Source: a virus
IMG/VR virus record: IMGVR_UViG_3300035684_000001
Location: 32,001-96,000 of that record
Length of the DNA stretch: 64,000 nt
Strand: one strand, 5' to 3'
Positions 17,726-25,463 of the stretch are shown here, one piece after another (position 1 is the stretch's first letter; each line of letters begins with the position of its first letter). A model generated the notes under the pieces. It was not told the origin of the DNA and did no database searches. It saw only the letters and a list, made by a program, of their open reading frames with translations. The translations under genes were made by a program, and so were the position numbers.

Positions 17726-18025
17726 AATGGAAGACTTTAACGAAATATGATCGCGCTTATTTTTAACAAATCCCGATGCAGCGACGGCAGAAGCATTCGA
17801 TCGCGCGATCGATTCGGGTTCAATAATGAGAGACGATACTTGCCCGGTGCTGGATGCGAAACCGTTCAATTAATATTAATTTTCAGGGCGATCGCGAAGA
17901 TGCCGAAAAATTTGTCTTGTATTTACTTGCAAAACCAAAAAATTGCGTCTAGTAAAACGCTAAACCGATCGCCCATAAGAAAAATAGCGTATATCGGGAG
18001 ATAGCCCCCAACACCAATATTCCAC

Positions 18026-18055
18026 AAAAAGCCCCCAGAACAATCCGGGGGCTTT
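18026..18055. terminator. Bidirectional terminator-like hairpin
   Basis: AAAAAGCCCCC-agaacaatcc-GGGGGCTTT between convergent genes. Confidence 0.7.
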
Positions 18056-18100
18056 CGGGCGATCGGCATACAGCCAAGCGTACAAATTGTATGCAACTTA

Positions 18101-18550
18101 TTAGCGGTATGAACCATTCTCTACTAAAACACGAGCCTCATCTTGCTCGACTGAATGCTGGGATGCAGCAAATTTCACAGCGCGCTTGCTCAGAATTATT
18201 CGCGGTCCAGTAATTTGCGCTTCGCCTGAGTCGCGATCAATCGCGATGTCAATCTCATCGTCCTTATCAACACCGATCGCCTCCCACCAGTTTTTTCCGA
18301 TCACCACACCCCCAGCTTTTTGGCGGTGTAATACAGCAGAAGTAGGTTTGCCTCTCTTGTTGGCAGAAATTCCGCCAGCATCTAGTTCTTTCGCGTCTAT
18401 AAACGCTTCGTAATATTTTGCAAGCAGCGGTCTACCTTTTTTGTTTGCGTATCCTGCGGCGATCGCAATTTCTGGTCTTGTGGCTTGTGGCATAGACGCC
18501 ACTAATTCTAGCAACTTTTGTCCTGTTAGCATTTCCAATTTTTGAGACAT
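18101..18550 (-). CDS. Cyanobacterial AbrB-like (cyAbrB) transcriptional regulator
   Basis: LTGQKLLELV...EIAIAAGY...YYEAFIDAKE...RGK....HRQKAGGVVIG..W...G....DEIDI follows the cyAbrB pattern. Confidence 0.8.
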   Translation of the reverse strand: MSQKLEMLTGQKLLELVASMPQATRPEIAIAAGYANKKGRPLLAKYYEAFIDAKELDAGGISANKRGKPTSAVLHRQKAGGVVIGKNWWEAIGVDKDDEIDIAIDRDSGEAQITGPRIILSKRAVKFAASQHSVEQDEARVLVENGSYR

Positions 18551-18622
18551 TGTTGCAATCTTAACGCTTGTGGGGCGCGTACAGCAATATATTTTTCAAA
18601 ACGGGCGATCGGTTGCACTCAA

Positions 18623-18889
18623 TCAAAATTTATTGTCTGCTGTTAATTTAGTGTTACAAGGTACTCTTTTTAATTCGTCAAACAATAAATCTGTCGCTTT
18701 AACAGCGCATACCACCAATTCTTCAAGAGTAAGATTGCCGTGGTAATTTGCGTGAATTAATGCCGCTAGTTGTTCCGAAGCCACAGTTAATCTTGCCTGC
18801 TCTTTTAATTCTCTTTGTCTCTGTATTTCTACCGCTTTCTTTACTCCTACCAATCTAATCAATCTATCGTCTAACATTTTGTTTTCCAT
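18623..18889 (-). CDS. Hypothetical protein
   Basis: 88-aa ATG ORF. Confidence 0.7.
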   Translation of the reverse strand: MENKMLDDRLIRLVGVKKAVEIQRQRELKEQARLTVASEQLAALIHANYHGNLTLEELVVCAVKATDLLFDELKRVPCNTKLTADNKF

Positions 18890-19118
18890 ACTTTTACCGT
18901 GGTATAATCCTGATTGCTACTTTTTATTCTCAACAAAAATCGACTGTTATTCAAAATACAAAAATTAACAGCGGGCGATCGCGTTATGCTACATCAAAGT
19001 CTATTAAACCAAGCGTTACCCACTTTGCCTTGTAGAACAGATCCGTCCGCAAATCCAATGTTGATCGCTTCCAACGCTTGTTGTACAAAAAATACCAATT
19101 GTCTGTGTCACAACTTTA

Positions 19119-19319
19119 TCATTTGCAATATGTAACTATAAACCATCGCAATAAAGCTATAGCAGTAAGAATCGCTTGAAAAATTAGAATTTTATCAAAG
19201 AAGCGTAATAATTTTTTGTTTCTTCGTAACTCTCGAAATATTGCAAATTGATATTCTAGTGGAAACGTTGGCTTTTCCGATGGATCTTCAAAAGATCGTT
19301 TTTTGATCATAAAAATCAC
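19119..19319 (-). CDS. Small protein with C-terminal hydrophobic helix
   Basis: ILIFQAILTAIALLRWFIVT. Confidence 0.6.
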   Translation of the reverse strand: MIFMIKKRSFEDPSEKPTFPLEYQFAIFRELRRNKKLLRFFDKILIFQAILTAIALLRWFIVTYCK

Positions 19320-19374
19320 CTCGTTTTAAATCTTGGGTAAATTAGTAGTATTTGTTTCGCCCGCACCTCCAATA

Positions 19375-20844
19375 CTACCAAAGTATTGGCTCCTCCTCGT
19401 CTGATTCCTCGACAATAACAGCCTTCAGAGGTTTAACTGGGAAAAATTCTTCAATTTCAGAAATATTCGCAGCTAAAAACTCTTCCGCCTTAGTCGGTCT
19501 GCCAAATCTTTTGTTGAGGAGCGATCGCGCCCTTTCCCTCGCCGCCAAACTTTCGGGCGTCGGTGCATACGGATCTGCTTCTCCTGGGGCTGGCAACTCT
19601 TCAACTGCTGTCCCTTCTTTTTCTGTGTTTTTTTCCGCCGCTGCCTCAATTTGTGCCGGTGCAACAGATCCTTGCAGGGTGGCGATCGCCCCCGAAAATT
19701 CCTCAACGGTAATCTCCTGTTTGGGCTTCATCCACGGATCGACGATGGTAGAGTTTTCGACACCGAGTTCCGACAGGCGATCTGCTTCCCGCTTTAAGAA
19801 CATCACCCGTTCCTTGATCGACTGCCACAACTCTTGCATTTGTTTTGGCTTAGCGAGCGATCGGCCTGCTTGCACCGCCGCTTCTTGGTCTGTGGCTCCA
19901 GGCTTCGATCGGTAGTAATCTTTCAGGCATTCTCTGACAATCGAGCACGGTACACCCGGTTCAATTTCCCACTCCCGCTGCTCGAACGTACCCAGCGGAA
20001 CGCCGGCTTTAAACTCTTCCCAGTAAGTGCTCGCTTTGCCTTCCCTCAGATTTTGGACGATCGCGAACGCCCATCCCAGCGGACTGTGCCGCCCTAAATT
20101 TTTGCCCAAATTTTCTAACTGGGTCTTGAAACGGCTCAGCTCGTCTTCATCGAACTCAGCCGTCGCGGAATACTTGTCCGATCGCCCATCTTGTTCGCAG
20201 CCAAAATCTTCAACAAAAACTTGTGGTTCAACAGAAGATTCTGAAGCACACTCTTCTGTTGTTAATATTTCTTCTTCCAAAATATTAAAAGCTTCGCCAT
20301 CTCTCTCTAGATCTTGATAGATATTTGATGTATCTATATTACTTCCTGTTTGAAAACCCGTATGCGGAAAACCCGTATATGGATCGGAAGTCGAAGCAGT
20401 AGGGGTTTCAGACTGTCGTTCGACCTGGATGTTTTGGTCTTTTTGGTGGCGATCTTTAGCTTCGCGTCGCAGGTTTCTGGATTTTTTTTGCGGGTGATCG
20501 AACTCGACAATGTTTCCGTGAACGTCGCGATCGCCTGGAATGTGGACAGGAATTTCGTAAATGTCCCACTCAAATCGCAAGAACCTGCCGAGCGCGTCAC
20601 GAACGCTGCGACAGACGAGATGACCAAGTTGCTTCAACTCAGTCAATGCTCGCTGTATAGCATAGCGACCTTCCTTCATCTCTGTCATGAGACTGGTCGT
20701 ATTTGGTTGCCAACCATCAGGTTTTCCCGTCAAAATTTGCAGTATCTTAAATGCGGTTCCGCTCAGTTCCGTACTTCTGGCGACGGCTGAGCTAATCATT
20801 GTGTAGGGGTTTTCTGCGCTTCTACGAGCGAGGTAAGTAGTCAT
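19375..20844 (-). CDS. Phage replication initiator with N-terminal winged HTH
   Basis: YTMISSAVARSTELSGTAFKIL...KPDGWQ...EG..AI..AL.EL...G.L, followed by PYTGFPHTGF repeats. Confidence 0.8.
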   Translation of the reverse strand: MTTYLARRSAENPYTMISSAVARSTELSGTAFKILQILTGKPDGWQPNTTSLMTEMKEGRYAIQRALTELKQLGHLVCRSVRDALGRFLRFEWDIYEIPVHIPGDRDVHGNIVEFDHPQKKSRNLRREAKDRHQKDQNIQVERQSETPTASTSDPYTGFPHTGFQTGSNIDTSNIYQDLERDGEAFNILEEEILTTEECASESSVEPQVFVEDFGCEQDGRSDKYSATAEFDEDELSRFKTQLENLGKNLGRHSPLGWAFAIVQNLREGKASTYWEEFKAGVPLGTFEQREWEIEPGVPCSIVRECLKDYYRSKPGATDQEAAVQAGRSLAKPKQMQELWQSIKERVMFLKREADRLSELGVENSTIVDPWMKPKQEITVEEFSGAIATLQGSVAPAQIEAAAEKNTEKEGTAVEELPAPGEADPYAPTPESLAARERARSLLNKRFGRPTKAEEFLAANISEIEEFFPVKPLKAVIVEESDEEEPILW

Positions 20845-20938
20845 AGCATTCTCCTGTGAGTTTCTCTGAAACTCGCTAATGCCTTACCGCCCGATACCCA
20901 CCTCTACTGTTCTGTGCGTGTCAACTTTTTAAAAGGGG

Positions 20939-20968
20939 TTGACATAAAGTTTGATCGATCGTTATAAT
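20939..20968 (+). promoter_or_regulatory. Consensus sigma70 promoter TTGACA-N18-TATAAT; -35 lies in a TGTCAAC/GTTGACA inverted repeat (20919-20944)
   Basis: Read directly from the sequence, divergent from the rep gene; the inverted repeat may be an operator. Confidence 0.7.
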
Positions 20969-21271
20969 GAAACGATAAAATGAAAACTTTAACAGTTTGA
21001 GTTTTGGTAAACAATGGTTATTTGTGGGTATCGCGGGCTCTCCAAGGCATCAGCGATATTTTTTTGCCTATTTACCGGGCTTTGCGCCTCCAAGCGCTCT
21101 GACCGACCATCCTATTCTACGCGATTTTGGCTTAAGCGCAAGTGTTTTTTGAAAGTTGCACCGCCCTGTTTAGGTCAAAACACTGTTAAATCGATAAAAT
21201 CAATTTATTCTTTTTTTGATTAAATTATTTTTTAGATGTTAATATAGAATTGTTGTAACATTACGAAAGCA

Positions 21272-21667
21272 ATGCGACTATCACGCAAAGAATTAAAATT
21301 CTTAAAAGAAGAAGCTGAATTGAACGATTGTAATAATTTTCAGTTAGCACCACATTTTTTGACACTGGAATATCGTCGTCCTATTGCGATACTAACCCAA
21401 AAACTTGCGAACTACCCGATCAAGGAAAAGGTAAGTATTAATACGTTGGCTCAACTGTTTTGTGACAACGAACTCTGGGATTTTTTGAGTCAGCAAGTTC
21501 CAAATCTTGATAGTATTTTTGAGGGAACGAATAAGGAGTTAGGTTTTGAGTTAGACTCATTTCGTGTATTTATAGCGGTGTCTTGGGCTTACGGTCTAGG
21601 TGCTGAGACTGAATGGCGATCGCTGTTACCGCCAGAAGAGCGGTCATCTAAGGCAGGTTGCGAGTAG
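21272..21667 (+). CDS. Hypothetical protein
   Basis: 131-aa ATG ORF. Confidence 0.7.
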   Translation: MRLSRKELKFLKEEAELNDCNNFQLAPHFLTLEYRRPIAILTQKLANYPIKEKVSINTLAQLFCDNELWDFLSQQVPNLDSIFEGTNKELGFELDSFRVFIAVSWAYGLGAETEWRSLLPPEERSSKAGCE

Positions 21668-21690
21668 CATATACATTTTAAGAGAAGAGT

Positions 21691-21909
21691 ATGGTTGCTA
21701 ATAGAGTTGTAATTGCAGCAGACTTGAAAGTAGGCGATCGGTTTAGACGTATAGAAAGCGAAGAGCCGTGGCAAGAAATCGTGAGTTTAGAAAAAAAACG
21801 ATGTGGGACACATGGCTTAATTGCTTGTAAACTCAAATTAAACGGTGTTTTTGGTGGTGAATTTATTTTTGAGGCTGTCGGTCAACACGAAGTTGAAGTT
21901 TTAACTTAA
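21691..21909 (+). CDS. Small beta-rich hypothetical protein
   Basis: ADLKVGDRF motif; ATG ORF. Confidence 0.65.
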   Translation: MVANRVVIAADLKVGDRFRRIESEEPWQEIVSLEKKRCGTHGLIACKLKLNGVFGGEFIFEAVGQHEVEVLT

Positions 21910-22011
21910 ACTTTTAAAAGTGGTGGGTGGGCGATTTTTACTAGATGCACTTTACGATCGCCCACACTATCAATCAACGAAGTTAAGCAATATTAAAAAT
22001 TGAGGTTATTC

Positions 22012-22224
22012 ATGGATTGGGATAATATTACACCTGAAGAAGCGGCGGTACTTGAACGTCGGCGCAATGCGGGATTACTTTTTGAACAGGGTCTAATTAC
22101 CTTTAACGAAACGATCGCGCTTGTCGGTTCAAAACGTAGAGCTAAAAACGGGAATCTCTTTTGCGATCAAATGAAAGGTATTGCTCCAGTTTGGGAAGAA
22201 GGCGAAGAAAAAGAGACTGATTAG
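22012..22224 (+). CDS. Small hypothetical protein
   Basis: GAGG Shine-Dalgarno before ATG 22012. Confidence 0.65.
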   Translation: MDWDNITPEEAAVLERRRNAGLLFEQGLITFNETIALVGSKRRAKNGNLFCDQMKGIAPVWEEGEEKETD

Positions 22225-22280
22225 TTTTGAGTGCGTTCCAAGGAGCGATTGTCCACAATTTATCTAATCTAGAGTACACC

Positions 22281-22317
22281 AAAAAAGCCCGTCAGTTAAT
22301 CACTGAGGGGTTTTTTT
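22281..22317. terminator. Bidirectional terminator, family AAAAAGCCCCTCAG...CTGAGGGGCTTTTT (copy 1, degenerate)
   Basis: Hairpin with A and T tails; related copies at 25407, 26070 and 29719. Confidence 0.75.
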
Positions 22318-22369
22318 AGACTTCACTCATCGCCTCCGCCTGCAAAATTTTTACTAACCGTCAGTTCGA

Positions 22370-22639
22370 TTAGCGCCATATAATATAACGCTTAATTGCG
22401 ACGCCAGTAGAAAGAAATGCGTCTATTAATTCTATTTCTTGAAGCCAAGTTTCGTAAGGTTCACCTTCTTTTTCTTTAAATGGATATTTATTAGAAGATA
22501 TCCACTCTTTGCACTTCTTAACTTTTACGGGTTCACCCAAGCACAATTGTTGCATTTCGTATTCTAACAGTCCGCTAGCAATAGCATTGATTGATTTTGT
22601 TTCCCAAGTTGTTAACGGTTTAGTCCAGTGTGGTTTCAT
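22370..22639 (-). CDS. Hypothetical protein
   Basis: 89-aa ATG ORF. Confidence 0.7.
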   Translation of the reverse strand: MKPHWTKPLTTWETKSINAIASGLLEYEMQQLCLGEPVKVKKCKEWISSNKYPFKEKEGEPYETWLQEIELIDAFLSTGVAIKRYIIWR

Positions 22640-22883
22640 TTTTAGAGTTATCGATTTTTACAACTTTGATTCTACCAAACGGTATCTCGAATGAAATAAA
22701 GTCTAGCAATCTGTACGATTGAGGGCATGGATATCTTGGGGACGGTGCTGGGCGGAGATTTAGATTTGATTTTGTAGGGCGATCGGAAATGTCATTTATT
22801 TTTTACAAAATTGCATAATATGGTTTAAGGCTGCGATATAATAGTAAAGTCAAATATCTTGAAAATCAAGCAATCCAAAAATC

Positions 22884-23162
22884 ATGAACCCAACATACAG
22901 CGCTTTAATTAAAATCGATCCCACAGATGTAATAGTTTTGGAATTTTCGTGCCCACTAAACTCAGAAACAAAAAATAAAATTATAGACCTAAACCAATAC
23001 GAAGGTTTACAAGTAAAGAGTATTCCCGAATATATTGGTAAGTTGGGCTTTTATATTCCGTATTCAAAAGTTTGGGCAGGAGAAACTATAGCACAAAAAT
23101 GTTTTGATATTTTAATATCTGAAGGGTTTGACAAGAATAAAATTTTGATGATAACTGAATAA
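22884..23162 (+). CDS. Hypothetical protein
   Basis: 92-aa ATG ORF ending before the large hairpin. Confidence 0.7.
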   Translation: MNPTYSALIKIDPTDVIVLEFSCPLNSETKNKIIDLNQYEGLQVKSIPEYIGKLGFYIPYSKVWAGETIAQKCFDILISEGFDKNKILMITE

Positions 23163-23214
23163 TTTATTCATTAGTCTAGTCATTTGTGATCAGTTAAATC
23201 GCCTCTAAAAAGAT

Positions 23215-23262
23215 TAAAACAATAGCTCCAACTACAATTTTGTAGTTGGAGCTATTGTTTTA
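23215..23262. terminator. Near-perfect 48-bp palindrome / bidirectional terminator
   Basis: TAAAACAATAGCTCCAACTACAA-tt-TTGTAGTTGGAGCTATTGTTTTA. Confidence 0.8.
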
Positions 23263-23341
23263 AAAAAGTAAATTTGCCGATCGCTTTTTGTGACCAGGCG
23301 ACGTGATCGCACTACTTTTGAGTTTTTGGACTCTTCCAACA
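23263..23341 (-). ncRNA. Candidate (possibly degenerate) HDV-like/theta ribozyme in the tRNA 3' trailer
   Basis: P3/L3 GCG-AUCACGU-CGC, P2 AAAAGUAG/UUACUUUU, P4 GGUCAC/GCGAUC and J4/2 GGCAAA are present; P1 is not convincingly formed. Confidence 0.3.
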
Positions 23342-23414
23342 CAGCAAGAGCCGGATTTGAACCAACGCTTACCACTTCGCAGTGGTCGTGTTATCCAGAC
23401 TACACCATCTCGCT
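23342..23414 (-). tRNA. tRNA-Arg(GCG)-like gene with a 6-nt anticodon loop (possible pseudo-tRNA); no encoded CCA
   Basis: AGCGAGA/TCTTGCT acceptor, GTGT/ACAC D stem with GGA (A20), ACCAC-TGCGAA-GTGGT anticodon arm, GTTGG-TTCAAAT-CCGGC T arm, G73. Confidence 0.85.
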
Positions 23415-23418
23415 CTAT

Positions 23419-23533
23419 TGGTACTTGCAAGAATCGAACTTGCAGCCAGGTGTCCATCGATCCTGTATCCGTTGAGAGGTATTTCACTCTCTCTGTTGGC
23501 AGCGCTTAAGCTGTTCCATCACCAGATAGCACC
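23419..23533 (-). ncRNA. 115-nt tRNA-like RNA with an expanded central domain
   Basis: GGTGCT/AGTACC acceptor-like stem, canonical T arm GCAAG-TTCGATT-CTTGC, discriminator A; extra hairpins GAGAG/CTCTC and CAGG/CCTG. Confidence 0.7.
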
Positions 23534-23535
23534 AT

Positions 23536-23602
23536 AGTGGTTAATCCTGTAACACGGATAATAGACGTTTCGCCCGCACCGTTACTGCCTCGGTTCGCCA
23601 CC
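23536..23602 (-). ncRNA. Putative 67-nt multibranch RNA at the 5' end of the RNA operon
   Basis: Closing GGTGG/CCACT with three internal hairpins: ACCG/CGGT, GGGCG/CGTCT, ATCC/GGAT. Confidence 0.4.
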
Positions 23603-23607
23603 AAACA

Positions 23608-23616
23608 AATATAGCA
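23608..23616 (-). promoter_or_regulatory. Extended -10 promoter (TG-C-TATATT) for the non-coding RNA operon
   Basis: About 6 nt upstream of the first structured element; the same GTGCTA.. pattern occurs at 25265, 25926 and near 58278. Confidence 0.6.
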
Positions 23617-23626
23617 CACTTCCTAG

Positions 23627-24250
23627 TTAAGGAGTTAATGTTGTTCGTGCATCTAGATTGATAATACAAGGATTTAAACCTGTTAGTTGCGTTAGTTGCG
23701 CTTTTTCATACGCTTCTTCCCTAGATTTTCCTTGCTGAAGCCAATAACGATAACTACTTGTTATTGCCGATCGCCTATAATGAAAACGGTCATGATGCCA
23801 TAAAGATTCTAATCGTTGCTGCTCGCACAATCTGTCTAATTCAGCGGACGATCGTCGCATCCATTTTCCTGCAATTTTAATATAGTTCGCATACAAACGC
23901 TTAAATCCTTCTTTGATCACAGCATTAAGTGTTGCTACAGATTCAGGCGCAATCTTGCGATCTTCAGAAAAATACGACTCTGGAATTAAAGTTTGTGGCT
24001 GGGACTTACTCGTGCTCTCTCGAAATTTTGTCAAAGAACATCTAAGCTGCAATTCCGAAAATCCAGACCATTTCACTAGGTCTGCCACACTTTCTTCGTT
24101 AGGGCGCATTCCTTGAGCCATACGAATTAAAGTGGTCGAGTTCACTCCAGATTGCGCCGCTACCTGCGCCCAGGTTAATTTCCGCGATTGCCTCAAAGTG
24201 TCAAGTGTTTCGTAAAATTCTTCTGGATTAATTTCTAAGTAAATATTCAT
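23627..24250 (-). CDS. XRE HTH-containing protein
   Basis: LDTLRQSRKLTWAQVAAQSGVNSTTLIRMAQGMRP. Confidence 0.8.
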   Translation of the reverse strand: MNIYLEINPEEFYETLDTLRQSRKLTWAQVAAQSGVNSTTLIRMAQGMRPNEESVADLVKWSGFSELQLRCSLTKFRESTSKSQPQTLIPESYFSEDRKIAPESVATLNAVIKEGFKRLYANYIKIAGKWMRRSSAELDRLCEQQRLESLWHHDRFHYRRSAITSSYRYWLQQGKSREEAYEKAQLTQLTGLNPCIINLDARTTLTP

Positions 24251-24354
24251 TTTGGTAAAATTAGATATTAAAACTGCCTAGCGCTTATTGTACTACAAGA
24301 CTTGTTTGATTGATAGATGATCGTATTTTTTTGCGGGCGATCGCCCTTGCCAAA

Positions 24355-24606
24355 TTAAATAAACAAGCTAGCTGAAATTTTAAAATAATCGCCTAGTGCT
24401 TTAGTTTGTGCCTTGCTAATCGCTCTTTTCCCATTTACAACCTCAGACACCACACCGTTCGATCCAATGATACCTACCAAGTCCGCTTGACGGGTGCCGC
24501 TTTTCGCCGTTTGTTCTTTTGCTCTTTCGATAATTGCCAAATACATTTCAGTAATCTGCTCATGAGACAAAACTACAGGGTCTGATTTTTGAGGTAAATC
24601 GGTCAT
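24355..24606 (-). CDS. Chimeric ORF: unknown N-terminus fused to the HigA C-terminal HTH
   Basis: SGTRQADLVGIIGSNGVVSEVVNGKRAISKAQTKALGDYFKISASLFI is the C-terminal half of cyanobacterial HigA. Confidence 0.8.
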   Translation of the reverse strand: MTDLPQKSDPVVLSHEQITEMYLAIIERAKEQTAKSGTRQADLVGIIGSNGVVSEVVNGKRAISKAQTKALGDYFKISASLFI

Positions 24607-25058
24607 AAACAATCTCCAATAATGATACTTAATTTAGCAAAAATAAACCCGATCGCCCGCAGTTCCCTGTCTAAATCTACACAGCGCCGCCACAGTTCAC
24701 AGCAAAGAAGCACTGCGATGAAACTAGCGGAACTGCCCTTGACATCACACCCTCAGAATGAGAGCATGAGTATATTAAAGAAGCAACAGGTAAACCACAT
24801 GACAACTCTCACTTTTGATGAAATCAATTACAGTAAATTGCTTGCAGAAATTGCTCCTAGGGCGATCGAAACCGAAGAGGAATACGATCGCCTCCTGGCA
24901 GTGGCAGAGCGGCTAACGTTCGCTAAAAACCTCACTCCAGAGGAGAGAGCTTTATACAAGTTGTTAGTCACGCTGATTAAAGTTTATGAGACGGAAAATT
25001 ATCCGATGGACAAATCTGAGCCTCATGAGATTTTGCAACACGTTATGGAATCCAGCGG
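24497..25058. other. 562-bp inverted segment bounded by CCGCT (24497-24501) and AGCGG (25054-25058)
   Basis: Flipping it restores a 133-aa higA and a 73-aa second gene, both in frame. Confidence 0.85.
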
Positions 25059-25170
25059 TATGGATTTAACAATACGTGTGTCGCCAGAGATGCTTGAACG
25101 ATTTATAGATTCACAAGCAAAGAAAAATAAATGTGAATGTTGTGGTGTTGCGGGCGATCGAACCAGGTAA
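24799..25170 (+). CDS. Chimeric ORF: HigA N-terminal half fused to an unrelated Cys-containing tail
   Basis: MTTLTFDEINYSKLLAEIAPRAIETEEEYDR...KSEPHEILQHVMESSG, then MDLTIRV...CECCG. Confidence 0.8.
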   Translation: MTTLTFDEINYSKLLAEIAPRAIETEEEYDRLLAVAERLTFAKNLTPEERALYKLLVTLIKVYETENYPMDKSEPHEILQHVMESSGMDLTIRVSPEMLERFIDSQAKKNKCECCGVAGDRTR

Positions 25171-25263
25171 CGGTTGAGTTTATCAAACCCGATCGCCCGC
25201 TAAAATCCCAAGAACCTGTAGAATACTGTCGTTTTAAGAAAAACACTTGATTCTCTGCAAAGC

Positions 25264-25449
25264 CGTGCTATTATAGCAATATCTTGCTTTTCTAGGTAGT
25301 TCGCTGTGTTTCAAGCTGATCGAGCGACTTCGATTGCAGTCTCACTAATTCAAAGGTGGGGCTGCTTTGTTTGTTTTGGTAGTATTTGTGTTAGCCAGGA
25401 ATCCACAAACAAAAAGCCCCTCAGCAATTAGCTGAGAGGCTTTTTGTTT
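25264..25449 (+). ncRNA. Putative sRNA gene, copy 1 (promoter, two conserved hairpins, variable segment, terminator)
   Basis: TTGATT-N16-TATTAT with extended TG; 10-bp hairpin GCAGTCTCAC/GTGGGGCTGC; terminator 25407-25449. Confidence 0.6.
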
Positions 25450-25463
25450 CTGATACTTGTATT

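Noticed and set aside
23260-23509. ORFs 23260-23487, 23290-23475 and 23303-23509
   Set aside because: They overlie the tRNA and tRNA-like structures and have no protein-like features; the RNA interpretation explains the sequence better.
23419-23533. tRNA-Sec or a bona fide tmRNA
   Set aside because: A UGGU mini-loop is present, but there is no UCA anticodon or 8-bp acceptor. For tmRNA it lacks G3-U70, pseudoknots, an in-frame stop and the usual length.
23536-23602. Hammerhead ribozyme (contains CGAAAC)
   Set aside because: No CUGANGA core and no compatible stem III/NUH site.
24645-25200. 16-bp direct repeat AAACCCGATCGCCCGC as an att site or target-site duplication
   Set aside because: Mostly composed of the ubiquitous HIP1-derived motif, and no integrase or transposase is nearby; kept only as supporting detail for the inversion.
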